Under the pieces are notes generated by a model, which made no database searches, was not told the DNA's origin, and was given only the letters and a program-made list of their open reading frames with translations. A stretch of DNA of 64,000 bases, taken from IMG/VR virus record IMGVR_UViG_3300035498_000732, positions 1 to 64,000 of that record. One strand, written 5' to 3'. Each line of letters begins with the position of its first letter. The stretch's first letter is position 1. Positions 30,365-41,000 of this stretch are shown here, in pieces. The position numbers and the translations under genes were made by a program. The stretch is from a virus. Its lineage: Duplodnaviria; Caudoviricetes.

Positions 30365-30851
30365 GATTAGAGAAGGATTATCTCAGAGATCTTCATCTCA
30401 AAAAGATGAAGTTAGGGTTATGAGAGCTATGCTCAATGATCCTACATATAGTGTAGGAGTTTATGACCGTAGTGGCAAGATAGGAGACTATTGCCCTTTT
30501 GAAGATTCTAGAACAATGCTTGGCAATATTATTAATGAAGCTACAGGTATTCAACCTAAAGAAGCACAGGCACTAGCAAATACATTTGAGTTTACTAATA
30601 AAGAATCTGCTATTATGGTAAATATCTCAAAAGAGTATGTGAATACTTATCTTCATACAAATAGAAAGCTTCCATTAGGAGCTAGGGATAAGAGTAATGT
30701 ATCATTACTGTTGAAGGAAATTGATGAATCCCAGAAGAAGTTTCCTAATACTATTGGAGATTCCTCTGACAAGAGCTCTGGAGTTACAGTGGTGCCAGCT
30801 CACGAGGGGATTAAAGTATCTGCACCATGCCCTAGTTATCTTAAGAAGTAG
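30336..30851 (+). CDS. Jumbo-phage protein, possibly DNA-binding
   Basis: Helices followed by beta-arm-like C-terminus, loosely HU-like. Function call is weak. Confidence 0.45.
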   Translation: MERCKEVISEIREGLSQRSSSQKDEVRVMRAMLNDPTYSVGVYDRSGKIGDYCPFEDSRTMLGNIINEATGIQPKEAQALANTFEFTNKESAIMVNISKEYVNTYLHTNRKLPLGARDKSNVSLLLKEIDESQKKFPNTIGDSSDKSSGVTVVPAHEGIKVSAPCPSYLKK

Positions 30852-30859
30852 GTGATTAT

Positions 30860-31090
30860 ATGGATAATGTACAAACTAGTAGTATGGTATTAGATAAAGT
30901 ACTTGTTACCATTTATCGTCATCCAGATATTATTATGTATCATGCTAGTGCTGAATGTCATGTTGATACAATTCATGAAATAGCTATTAGTGGACCATAT
31001 ATTTCAAAAAATGATGCTGCCAAAGATGCAGTATCTAAATTAATAGTAAAATGTATACCAATAATAAAACAAAATAAGGAGGAAATATAA
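30860..31090 (+). CDS. Hypothetical protein
   Basis: AGGTG RBS; operon. Confidence 0.65.
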   Translation: MDNVQTSSMVLDKVLVTIYRHPDIIMYHASAECHVDTIHEIAISGPYISKNDAAKDAVSKLIVKCIPIIKQNKEEI

Positions 31091-31405
31091 ATGATTCCAG
31101 AGAAAAGATTATTTATTTCACTACCAATGGCAGACAAGACAGATGAGGAGATTCTTGAAAAAAGAAATCAGATTATTCTTGAAGTAAGAGATAAATTTGG
31201 CACATCTGCATATATTGAAGTTATTGATAACTTCTTCCAGAATTGTCCACATGAGGCAAGACCATTATGGTTTTTAGCGAAAAGCTTAGAGTTTCTCTCT
31301 ACTGCAGATATTGTATATTTTGCAGATGGATGGGATCAGTATAGAGGCTGCAAGATTGAGCATGAATGTGCTGTTCAGTATGGTATTGAGATTATTCATG
31401 ACTAA
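31091..31405 (+). CDS. DUF4406 / nucleoside 2-deoxyribosyltransferase-like protein
   Basis: LFISLPM..D; ADIVYFADGW..RGCKIEH..A..YG. Confidence 0.8.
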   Translation: MIPEKRLFISLPMADKTDEEILEKRNQIILEVRDKFGTSAYIEVIDNFFQNCPHEARPLWFLAKSLEFLSTADIVYFADGWDQYRGCKIEHECAVQYGIEIIHD

Positions 31406-31446
31406 TAATAGTTTGGGTAGGCACTTTAGCCTACCCACTTTTTTTC

Positions 31447-31588
31447 TAAGTTCCGTAAAAGTTCAATTTTTCAATTATATAATATCATGGTAATACAGGA
31501 TAAGTAAGTGCTTATCTAAATTTGTTTACCAAGGGGATCATAATGATCTTAAACGAATAACGCCCTTGGAGAAATGGAGGAAACCATG
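31447..31588 (+). repeat. Promoter + structured leader repeat, copy C
   Basis: Near-identical to copy A, 20 kb away. Confidence 0.9.
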
Positions 31589-31747
31589 AGTGAAACAATG
31601 CATATTATTGATCAAATGGCCAATGCAAAGACTTCTAAAGAGAGGTTAGAGCTTAGCATAAAACTTGCCAAGGCTAATGATGTACCAGATGATAGAATTA
31701 TGAAGTCATCTGATGATTTAAAGGCATGGTTAGGAGGTGCAAAATAA
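31586..31747 (+). CDS. Small 53-aa early protein (not in ORF track)
   Basis: GGAGG RBS from leader; MSETMHIIDQMANAK... Confidence 0.7.
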   Translation: MSETMHIIDQMANAKTSKERLELSIKLAKANDVPDDRIMKSSDDLKAWLGGAK

Positions 31748-31926
31748 TGTCCGACTTTGAGGAAGAACTTCGTAAGGTTCACGAGCAGCGGATGGAGAAG
31801 ATTAATGAAGTCTGCTCCATAGCACTGCAGGACAAAATTACAGAGCAGGATTTCGAGCACATGAAAAGTGTGCTCGATTCCTTAAACACAAATCAATTAG
31901 GAGGTGTTGATTATGACAGATTTTGA
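31747..31926 (+). CDS. Small 59-aa early protein
   Basis: TAATG overlap; AGGAGGT RBS. Confidence 0.7.
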   Translation: MSDFEEELRKVHEQRMEKINEVCSIALQDKITEQDFEHMKSVLDSLNTNQLGGVDYDRF

Positions 31927-32077
31927 TAAAAAATATAATACACATGAGTTCGAAAAGCTCATGAAGGATCACGATGAAGGGCATCGTGATCCTGAGGCAT
32001 TGAAGAATTATTTCAATGCATGCCTTAATACCTATAATGGTACTGAGGGTAAAGAGATGAAAGACTACTTTAAGTAG
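31913..32077 (+). CDS. Small 54-aa early protein (not in ORF track)
   Basis: AGGAGGT RBS; MTDFDKKYNTHEFEKLM...; terminator ~32086-32118. Confidence 0.7.
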   Translation: MTDFDKKYNTHEFEKLMKDHDEGHRDPEALKNYFNACLNTYNGTEGKEMKDYFK

Positions 32078-32175
32078 AAGTCTATTGGAGCTCGCTGATT
32101 ATGGCGAGCTTCTTTTTTATCAGGGATTTTTTTTTTACATTTATATAATTATTAATAATTTGGAGGATAATAGTT

Positions 32176-33579
32176 ATGGGATATTTTGCTGATAACTTCG
32201 ATTATGTACTTGAAAGTATTCAAGTAGTGCATGAAGTATATTTTGGTAAAACCAAAGAAGTTCTTGCAATAGAAAAAGCTATTCATAATCTTAGAGAACC
32301 ATATTTAAGTGGAAAGAATAAGAATAATAGTCCTTTAGCAAACTCTCTTCGCCTTGACCCAAATAAGAGAAAACTAGAGGATGCTATATGTAATGCATTT
32401 GGATTTTCAGATACATTTATATCTATACAAAATTCTTATACCCAAAATGCATATACTCAGCCCACATCGTATTCTATCGATCTAGGATCTGGTAAATTAA
32501 ATAGATCAGCTAGAAGGGCTAGTTCAAAAGTAAAAGGATATAGATTTGATCCTAAAGATAACATTGTATTTACATTAACCATGTTTTCTGGAGTGATTCT
32601 TAATCCAGAATATACTGATGCAGAATTGACAGCAATTATACTTCATGAGATTGGGCATAACTTTACAGCTACTAGTGAGAGAGGAACGAGAATTCTTACA
32701 GCTATTCCTGTATTAGCTTCTTTTATTAGATGCATGGCAGATATAGTTGCTCAAATATTGCAATATACAGCTCAAGGAATAGTAGCTATAGGTGCAGTTC
32801 CAGCACTCATACAAGAATTTATTGAAGATATTGTATTCGGAGCAAATGCCACTAGAACTATTGGAGGAAGATTTAGTAGACTCTTTGATAATTGGCTAAA
32901 AGATTTGCAGGAGAAAAATCCAGGAATACTTATGATAATTGGATCTTATTCATATATCATGAATATATATACGGATATTATTGCAACCATGCAATATTTC
33001 TGCAGCCTATTTCCAAATTATTTTCTTCTTCCAGTTGATATGATTGGAAGATTTGTTAGAGGCCTAGGTAGTCCAACTGGATATGCTGATGAGAAATTTG
33101 CAGATTCATTTCCTAGAATGTATGGATATGGCCCAGAGCTTGTATCAGCATTAGATAAAATGGCACTGCAACCAAATAGTTCATTTGAAAAAGCAGCTCA
33201 AGAATTAATTCTTCCACTGCAAGCAGTAGCCTCAATATATTGCACACCATATTGGATGATGGTTTATTTATTTGATGAGCATCCATATACATCTGACAGA
33301 GCTAAATTTATGGTGCAAGACCTTAAGGCCGAATTAAATGATAAATCATGTACTCTTAGTCCAGCTACTAAAAAGCAAATGATTCAAGATGCAGAGAAAA
33401 TTCAGGAAGAATTAGATGCATATTTGGATAGTGCATCTACTATTAAAGCATCTAAAGAATTAGGAATTAGATCTTGGCAAAATGCTATGCAAGCAGTATT
33501 TGGAGGATCTATTAAAGGTAAAATTAAAGCAAGAAATGTAAATAAAGATATTAATAGATTCTTTGATGACTTGGATTAA
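32176..33579 (+). CDS. Zn metalloprotease, M48-like, membrane-associated, late
   Basis: ILHEIGH, DEKFAD, HPYTSDR, hydrophobic helices; late promoter 32136-32147. Confidence 0.8.
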   Translation: MGYFADNFDYVLESIQVVHEVYFGKTKEVLAIEKAIHNLREPYLSGKNKNNSPLANSLRLDPNKRKLEDAICNAFGFSDTFISIQNSYTQNAYTQPTSYSIDLGSGKLNRSARRASSKVKGYRFDPKDNIVFTLTMFSGVILNPEYTDAELTAIILHEIGHNFTATSERGTRILTAIPVLASFIRCMADIVAQILQYTAQGIVAIGAVPALIQEFIEDIVFGANATRTIGGRFSRLFDNWLKDLQEKNPGILMIIGSYSYIMNIYTDIIATMQYFCSLFPNYFLLPVDMIGRFVRGLGSPTGYADEKFADSFPRMYGYGPELVSALDKMALQPNSSFEKAAQELILPLQAVASIYCTPYWMMVYLFDEHPYTSDRAKFMVQDLKAELNDKSCTLSPATKKQMIQDAEKIQEELDAYLDSASTIKASKELGIRSWQNAMQAVFGGSIKGKIKARNVNKDINRFFDDLD

Positions 33580-33607
33580 AATAAGGAGTGCTATAATAGC
33601 ACTCCTT
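33576..33607. terminator. Terminator duplicated at 34191-34222
   Basis: AAGGAGTGCTA/TAGCACTCCTT hairpin; 31 of 32 nt identical between copies. Confidence 0.85.
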
Positions 33608-33711
33608 CTTTATTTCTTTAAATAGTCAATATTTGATACAAAATCGTTTTTTTTTTTTGAACGTATTTTTAATATTATATATAATACTTGTAAGGAGGTA
33701 CTACTTTAATT

Positions 33712-34194
33712 ATGATAGATATGAATGGCAGCATTGATGAGATTATGAATGAATGTGATATTATTGTAGAATCGAAGAAATCTAGTATAGGAGCAGAAAA
33801 AATAAATTTTCAGAATATTGTTAATCAGCTGCAAGCGATTATGCCTAATGGCTGGAAAAAAGGAATATTTATGGCTGAATATACATCTGGAAGTTATAGC
33901 ATGAAATGCTATGCAGATACTGGAAAAGGCTATAAAATTTGTAATTCCAGAGATATATCTAATGCATTTAAAAATATTAATAAAGAGCTTAATAGTTCTA
34001 GGGATAGTTTGGATACAGATCCATGGTATTCAATTACTATTCATTTTGATAAATCTGGCAAGTTTAAATCAGAATTTGATTATACAAGTCATGATGGAGA
34101 TGTATTGGCATACAAAAAGAAATGGGAAAATAAATATATTGGAAAGAAATCTACTAATGAATCTGTTTTTGAGTCATTATTTAGTCAGATTTAA
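33712..34194 (+). CDS. Leader-fused YezG/EsaG-like (DUF600) immunity-domain protein
   Basis: IVNQLQAIMPNGWKKGIFMAEY...PWYSITIHFDKSGKFKSEFDY...WENKY resembles DUF600. N-leader and C-tail are shared with 34227-34907. Confidence 0.8.
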   Translation: MIDMNGSIDEIMNECDIIVESKKSSIGAEKINFQNIVNQLQAIMPNGWKKGIFMAEYTSGSYSMKCYADTGKGYKICNSRDISNAFKNINKELNSSRDSLDTDPWYSITIHFDKSGKFKSEFDYTSHDGDVLAYKKKWENKYIGKKSTNESVFESLFSQI

Positions 34195-34226
34195 AATAAG
34201 GAGTGCTATTATAGCACTCCTTTTTC

Positions 34227-34907
34227 TTATACTAAATTAAGTAAGTCATCAAAAATAGATGATTCATTAGCTGCTTTCTTTTTATCACGCTTTCTATCAT
34301 ATCGTGCTTCTCGTTTATCTTGCATCATTTTTTCATGCGCAGCTAATGATGATCTATACGCATAATCATCTTTATTTTTCATAGGGCCATTCCCATTTCT
34401 GCCATCCATAATACTACTTCTTGCAGTTTTTGAATAGTATTTTCCATAATCATGGTCATGCGTACCTTTTTCAGCTCCTCTAGCATTGGAATATGCAAGT
34501 TCTGCTTCACCTTTTACTTCAGCAATATAATCGCATTCACTCATTATATTCACAATACTCATGTTCATATCAATCATTGACTCATTTGCTGTTTTTCTAG
34601 TGGCCCTATCAACAGATTTATGGAAATTTCCTTTACCTTTTGTATTATATTGATTATCAACTCTATTTCTTCTTCTTTCATAATCCAAAGATGTTTTCAT
34701 TGGTCTACGGGTGCCAGGTTCATCTGATCCTTTGCTTCTTGCCATTTTTTCCATTGCACCGGCATCTTTTCCATAACCATGATCATGAGTTAATTTAGCA
34801 TAATGCCTTCCAGTTTCATAGCCAGCTTCTGCCTCACCCTTTAACTCAGCAATGTAATCGCATTCATTCATGATATTCTCAATACTCATATTCATATCAA
34901 TCATCAT
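34227..34907 (-). CDS. Tandem leader-cargo protein (two basic units), putative head-internal protein
   Basis: MIDMNMSIxNIMxECDYIAE occurs twice (starts 34904 and 34577); K/R-rich cargo; late promoter 34968-34979. Confidence 0.75.
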   Translation of the reverse strand: MMIDMNMSIENIMNECDYIAELKGEAEAGYETGRHYAKLTHDHGYGKDAGAMEKMARSKGSDEPGTRRPMKTSLDYERRRNRVDNQYNTKGKGNFHKSVDRATRKTANESMIDMNMSIVNIMSECDYIAEVKGEAELAYSNARGAEKGTHDHDYGKYYSKTARSSIMDGRNGNGPMKNKDDYAYRSSLAAHEKMMQDKREARYDRKRDKKKAANESSIFDDLLNLV

Positions 34908-35015
34908 CAGTATCCTCCATATAATATATTATATTTGTAATTTATGGTAATACATATCAAGTCATATTAATATTATGTAAAAAAAAAAATATTTTCTCGC
35001 CCCTCTAATTACCTG

Positions 35016-35027
35016 AACATTGAGATA
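35016..35027 (+). promoter_or_regulatory. Late promoter AACA-N6-TA (representative of ~15 copies)
   Basis: Same spacing at 2137, 4283, 6858, 7580, 13414, 22640, 34968, 49757, 54293 (minus) and 8646, 32136, 33660, 45658, 47624, 55235, 58034 (plus). Confidence 0.8.
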
Positions 35028-35053
35028 ATTATGCATGAAAGGAGACTTTTCAT

Positions 35054-38000
35054 ATGGCTATGTTTAATGGTATTAAATACGTGAAAAATCTTACTAAATC
35101 ATTTGGATATGCTATGGTAGATGTAGTTGGAGATATGAATCCAACTTTAAAATCTTTTACTGAGACAAATCAGGAACTTGGCAAAGAATTATATGCTACT
35201 GTTACTGATTGGAAAGGTACAGTAAAGAAAGCTAAAACTGCTATAGTAGAGAGTGATGTATATGAATTTGCTAAGACCTATAAAGAGAATCTATTCGAAG
35301 ATTTAAAAAATGGCACTTTCTATAATAAAGCTCGTAAAGATGAATATGAAGTAAGATTATCTGGATGGTCTGATGAACAGCTCAAAGAAGACTTTGGCGA
35401 TATGTTTGACGATGATGATGACATCAATTTTGATGATTGGGATGAAGATGATCTTAGATCTGATTTATTTATCGCAGAAAGCATGGATGATGTAGGAGAA
35501 AAGATTTCTGCTGCAAATGCAGAAGTTACTACAAAGAGTGCAGAATATATTGTACGTGGCCAGAAAGAGTCTACAAAAATATTATATCAGCAGAATAATG
35601 CATTGATGGGCCAAGCATTAAAAGGAATGGCTGCTATTAATTCAAACCTTGGACAATTAGCAGGTATGCCAGAGATGATGCAGGTTCAAGTAAATAATGC
35701 ATCTAAATTCTTTGAAGATACCACAGGACGTTTAGATCATATTACTGAATTATTAGAGAATATTTCCAATAATACAAATCTATCTAATGAATTCAATCAA
35801 TCTAATGAAAAGAGTGATGATTTTACTTTTAGTGATATCATTGACTCTAAGGGAATGCCTAATCTCAAGAAGTATTTTTCTGTAATTAAGAAAAATATAG
35901 CTAATAGTTCTTCTGAGTTTGATATGCTTGGAAACCTATTTGGTGGTGGTAATGTGGCACTCACATTTGCTGCATCTCCATTAGAAGAACTAATGAAAGC
36001 TGCGGTTAAACAAGTTATTCCTAAAGTACTATCATCATCTATGGATAGATTTAATAGTACACTACAAGGATTCTTTGGATCATTAATATCTAAGATTAAT
36101 GGAGGCTATGGATCAGATAATCCAATTATAAATTGGGTGTCAAAGATATTTGGTATCGATTCATCTCTAAATACAGATATTGATCCATCCAGATATGAGA
36201 AAGGGAAAGTTGCATGGGATGGAGTATCTAGAAAAGCATTAGTAGAAGTTATCCCAGGGCAATTATCTAAGATTGTATCGGCATTAACAGGAGAGTCTCC
36301 ATTAGTATTTGATCCAGAATCTGGAACAATGAAGTCCATAACCGATATATATGATAATGCTAAAAATAGAGTTAAGAACTCTGCTAATTATGCTGGTAGC
36401 GATGTAAGAGCACAGATATATGATGTGCTTGATAAGTCAAAGTATTCATTTAGAAGCTATAATGAGAAGAAAAGATTTGAAGATGATCTTAATAGATTTT
36501 TTATGTATGCTTTTAATGCTGGTGGTATAGATGGCAGAGCTATTAAGAGAAGAGGAGAAGGTGGACTTTCAGATATTGGTATAGACAATAGCAAATTACT
36601 TGAGGGAATATTTGAGAAGATATCTGAAACAGAAGAAGGACGTAATTCATTATTAAATCTTAATAGAAGAATCCTTAGAGAAAGAGACAGCTTATCCAAC
36701 CATACTAAATATATGGAGAGAAAGGGCTCCATTGAATCTTACTTGTCAAATGGCATGTTTGATGATTATTTATATGAATTTGAATCAGATGATAATAAGA
36801 AATTAAGAGCTGCTGGCTATAGTACAATGGATTCATTATCTGGGGTTCAGACATTTGCTAAACAAATTGATGATTATGGCCATAATATATTCTATTATCT
36901 GCAAGAGCAATTAATGCGCTTAGATAAGATATATGAGTTCACAGACTATATGGTTGAGAATGGAGTCAATGGTGATTGGATTCCTAGAAGTGATTTAGAT
37001 CAGGATAGACATCTTATTCTTACTGGCGGAAGTACTATTGATAATAATAGATTGATAAGAGCCAGAATAATTACTCCTAGTGGCCATTACGTTAGACGTC
37101 CTCCAAGTAAGCTTAATGAAATTGAACCTGATGAATATCTTGAAAAGACCACTGCAAAATATATTCTTGATGACTATAATAGAAGACAGTCAGAAAATTA
37201 TATAAATGAAAGAAACAGCTATAGACAAGATAATCCAGATTTCATGGAGACTTATAATGATGATACATCTGGAGAATTTAGTTTTAAGGTAGATGTAGAA
37301 AGGGATATTGAAAATAGAGAAGAGAAGAACAGAGATAAAAATTGGATAGACAGATTATTATCAGAGAAGACACTTGAAGGTAAATTAGGTGTCTTTCAAG
37401 AAAAGACTCAAGATTTTCTCAATAAGCCACTCTTATGGGTTAGCAATATGCTTGATAGTGCAAATGAGAAAGTATATAAGTTAATATATGGGACTGATAT
37501 TGAGAAAGACCTTGAAGAGAAAGGACTTATAGGAATTCTTTCTGATAGTATTCATAATACATTTGATAATGTAAATCTCTGGATTGATGATAATATTCTT
37601 GCTCCATTAAAAGCAAAACTTGGCTTAAGAGGTGAAGAAGGTGGCTTATTAACCAAGGTTGCTGATGTAATGGGCTGGGATATTGAAAAATTCAAAAGAG
37701 ATAAAGCAAGAGGAATCTTTGGCACATATGATGAAGATACCAAGACTAGATCTGGTGGATTACTTGGTGACTATATGCAAAGTGTCAAAGATGCTGCTAA
37801 AGATGTGGCTAAATGGGGCACAGGTAGTGTCAGAGATGTACGAGATACAGTATCTAATGGACTTGGATTAAATGAAATAGTAAATCCATATGCTGATACC
37901 GAGACCGAAGCAGGATCATCATATGACCATAGTAATGCTATTATATCTGCATTGAATAATGCTAGTATCAAAGCTGATTATGATCCAGTACAAGCCGGAT

Positions 38001-41000
38001 ATGATATGTATGATCAGATATTTGGAAATTCTGAGCCAGAAGCTCCAAAACCAAAAAATAAATACATCAATGAGGAAAATGAAAATAGAGTAGCCGAAAT
38101 GCTTAATAGCATTAATGGTTATGCTGTAGGTGGACAGGTTAAGAAGACAGGTATTGCTGCTGTATCTGAGGGTGAACTTATTATACCATCTGAGCTTAAT
38201 CCATATTATAAAGGCACTACAAATAAAGCTCAACAGATGAAGGATGAAGATAATGCCGTAAAGAAATTCTTTGGTAAATATGCTTCAGGAACTACTGATG
38301 TTGGAGATGGCAATAATGGTTATATCATCAATATAGCTATCAATAAGGTTGCTGATAAGCTCAAGAAAGCAAATACTACTAGAGAAGAAATTGCTCAATA
38401 TCTTCAGGACAATCCTCCGGATAAAGAGTTGGATGCAGATGGCGAGATTTCTTATTATGTAAATCTGGCTAAGAAATACTTAAATAAGAAGATTTCTGAA
38501 TATGCTATCAATAAGCTTACAGGCGCTAAGAAGAAGATTGTAAAGTACGATAATAGTGCTGGAAATTATACTCTTTCTGATGGCACTGTAATGACTATGA
38601 AAGCCGGTGAGTATGTAAAGAAAGTTGGTGGAGAAGCTAAATTATTTGCCAGCAATTCCAAAAGCTTCCTTGGAGATTCATTTGGTCAACTTGGTAGTGC
38701 ATTTAAGAGTGTAGCTGAAGTATATCATAGATCTACAGATAATAGAAAGGGAAGCGATACTCCAGAAAGCCAAGCATTTGATGAAATGATTGATGATGTG
38801 AAAGAAAACTTCACTAAAGACTATGCTGGAGCTACTACCGTAGGAGCTGGAATTGGTGGGCTTGCATCATTAATTACTGGAGCTGTAGGTGGTCCTCTTC
38901 TTGGAGCTGCTGTTGGTGGAGCTGTTGGACTTACATTGAAGTCTAATAAGGTTCAGGATTGGTTATTTGGTAAAGAAGTAGACACTGATGAAGGAAAGAA
39001 ATTAGAAGGAGGAGTTTTATCAGAGCAAGCATCTAAATTTATAAAAGAGAAATTACCAGATCTTGCTAAGTTTGGTTTAGTAGGTGGTGCTGCTGGTACT
39101 ATAACTGGTCATCCACTTCTTGGTACATTTATAGGATCAGGTATTGGATTTGCAAAGAATTCTGAGAAATTCCAGAGCTTATTATTCAATACTACCAATA
39201 AACAAGGTCATACTACTAAAGGTCTCTTTAATATGACATCTGAGCAATTCAATGATATGATAGCAAAGAGACTTCCTAAGATGGGAGCTGGAGCTATTGC
39301 TGGATTAGCACTCGGGCCATTTGGTTTAGTGCCTAACCTTGTTATTGGATCTGCTATTGGATTTGCATCAGATACAAATACATTTAAGGATACATTGCTT
39401 GGTAAGGTAAATGAGAAAACCAATAAACGTGAAGGTGGACTCATAGAAGAACTTACTAAGACTATCTTCAAACCATTTGTGAATTTTGGTAAGAATACAG
39501 TTGATAGACTTACAAAATGGCTTGATGATGAAATCATGGGTCGTATTTCTAAATCTATTGAGCCAATTGCCCATTACTTTGAAACTCAAGGTTTAAGATT
39601 TGCTAGATGGATTGGCAGAGGATTCAAGGGTGTTGGAAATGCAATTGGCGGTTCTACTACTGGTAGACGTATATATAGAAGAATCATTGAACCAGTTAGA
39701 AATGCTGCTGGAAATTTAGCTAATACAGCTATTGATATTGCTAAAGCGCCTATTACATTTGGAGCTAAAGCTCTTGAAAATAGAGCTATGGCTGGCCAAG
39801 CTCACGATATAAGACTAGGATATACTGATAATCTTACTATTGATGAAGTAATGGATCAGTATAAGAATAATCCATTCCTTACCAATTATGCAGATGGAAA
39901 TGTGCCTTTAGAGATAGAAAATACTAAAGATGCTAATATGTACAGAATGCAGGCAGGAGTATATGATCTTAAAAAGGCTGGTGATCTTAAGAGATTAAAA
40001 GATCTTCAAGGTGCTGTTGATGCTATGGGCAACATCAGCACTACTTATAAGCAAAAGCAGAAAAATATTATAGCAGAAATGAGAGATAAAACTCTCAATG
40101 ATTATAATATAAGACAGTCTAATAAAGATAGACTTGTTGGACTTGTAAAAGCTGGAAAGCTTAATGAAGATAATATTGATGAGTATCTGTCAGATATAAA
40201 AGCAGTTAATGGTGAATCATTCTCTTATGATGATAGAAATAAACTCAGAGAAGCATTACTTACCGGTGCAGGAAAGCTTGCTGATCTTAAGAGCGACTAT
40301 ACTACTCTTGATGAAAATGGTAAATCTGTATTTGAGAAAAACCAAAAGAAGATTATTGAACAGCAAATGAAAGATTTTGGTATTGCAGATGATAAGTTTG
40401 CTAAATTCATCTTTGGTAATCAAGTTCAAAGAGAAAGATTTGCAGAATTGCTTGGCAATACAATCAATAAGATGGAAGAAGAGAATATCCATGATGAAGA
40501 TAAATCTCCAGAAGAAAAGATTGGTGAATCTGTAGAAGATAATGTAAATAATCTTAATAATCATATGCAAGATCGCCATGATGAACTTATTGATCTTATC
40601 AAGCAAGCCATTAATACTATAGCTGCTAGAACTGGTGGTGAAAGACAGTTTGCTGAGAATGGTGATTATATCGGAGAAAATTCTCCTGTAAATTCTAAAG
40701 GCGCCACTAATAAAGCCAAAGATATAGTAGAAGATGCTGAGAAAAAAGCAAATGAAAGCTTAACCGATAATCCATCTGATAAATTTAAATTTGACCAGGA
40801 TTTGGCAAATGAAGACTATTTGAATGCTGCTGATGAAGCTAAGAAAAGACAAGATGATGCTACAGCAGATATAGAGAACTTCGCAACAGCTGCTACTGGT
40901 GGTAAAGTAAATAAGTCCGGTTTAGCTGCTGTATCAAAAGGCGAACTTATTCTTCCAGAATTTTATGGTAAATTTGCTGATGGTGGTATAATTGGTGCTT

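Noticed and set aside
10791-31588. Leader repeats as a CRISPR array or known ribozyme
   Set aside because: Dispersed, ~140 bp, separated by whole genes. No hammerhead CUGAUGA/GAAA core, and I did not recognise a twister or pistol core.
31612-31860. 82-aa minus-strand ORF
   Set aside because: Antisense to a well-supported microprotein operon.
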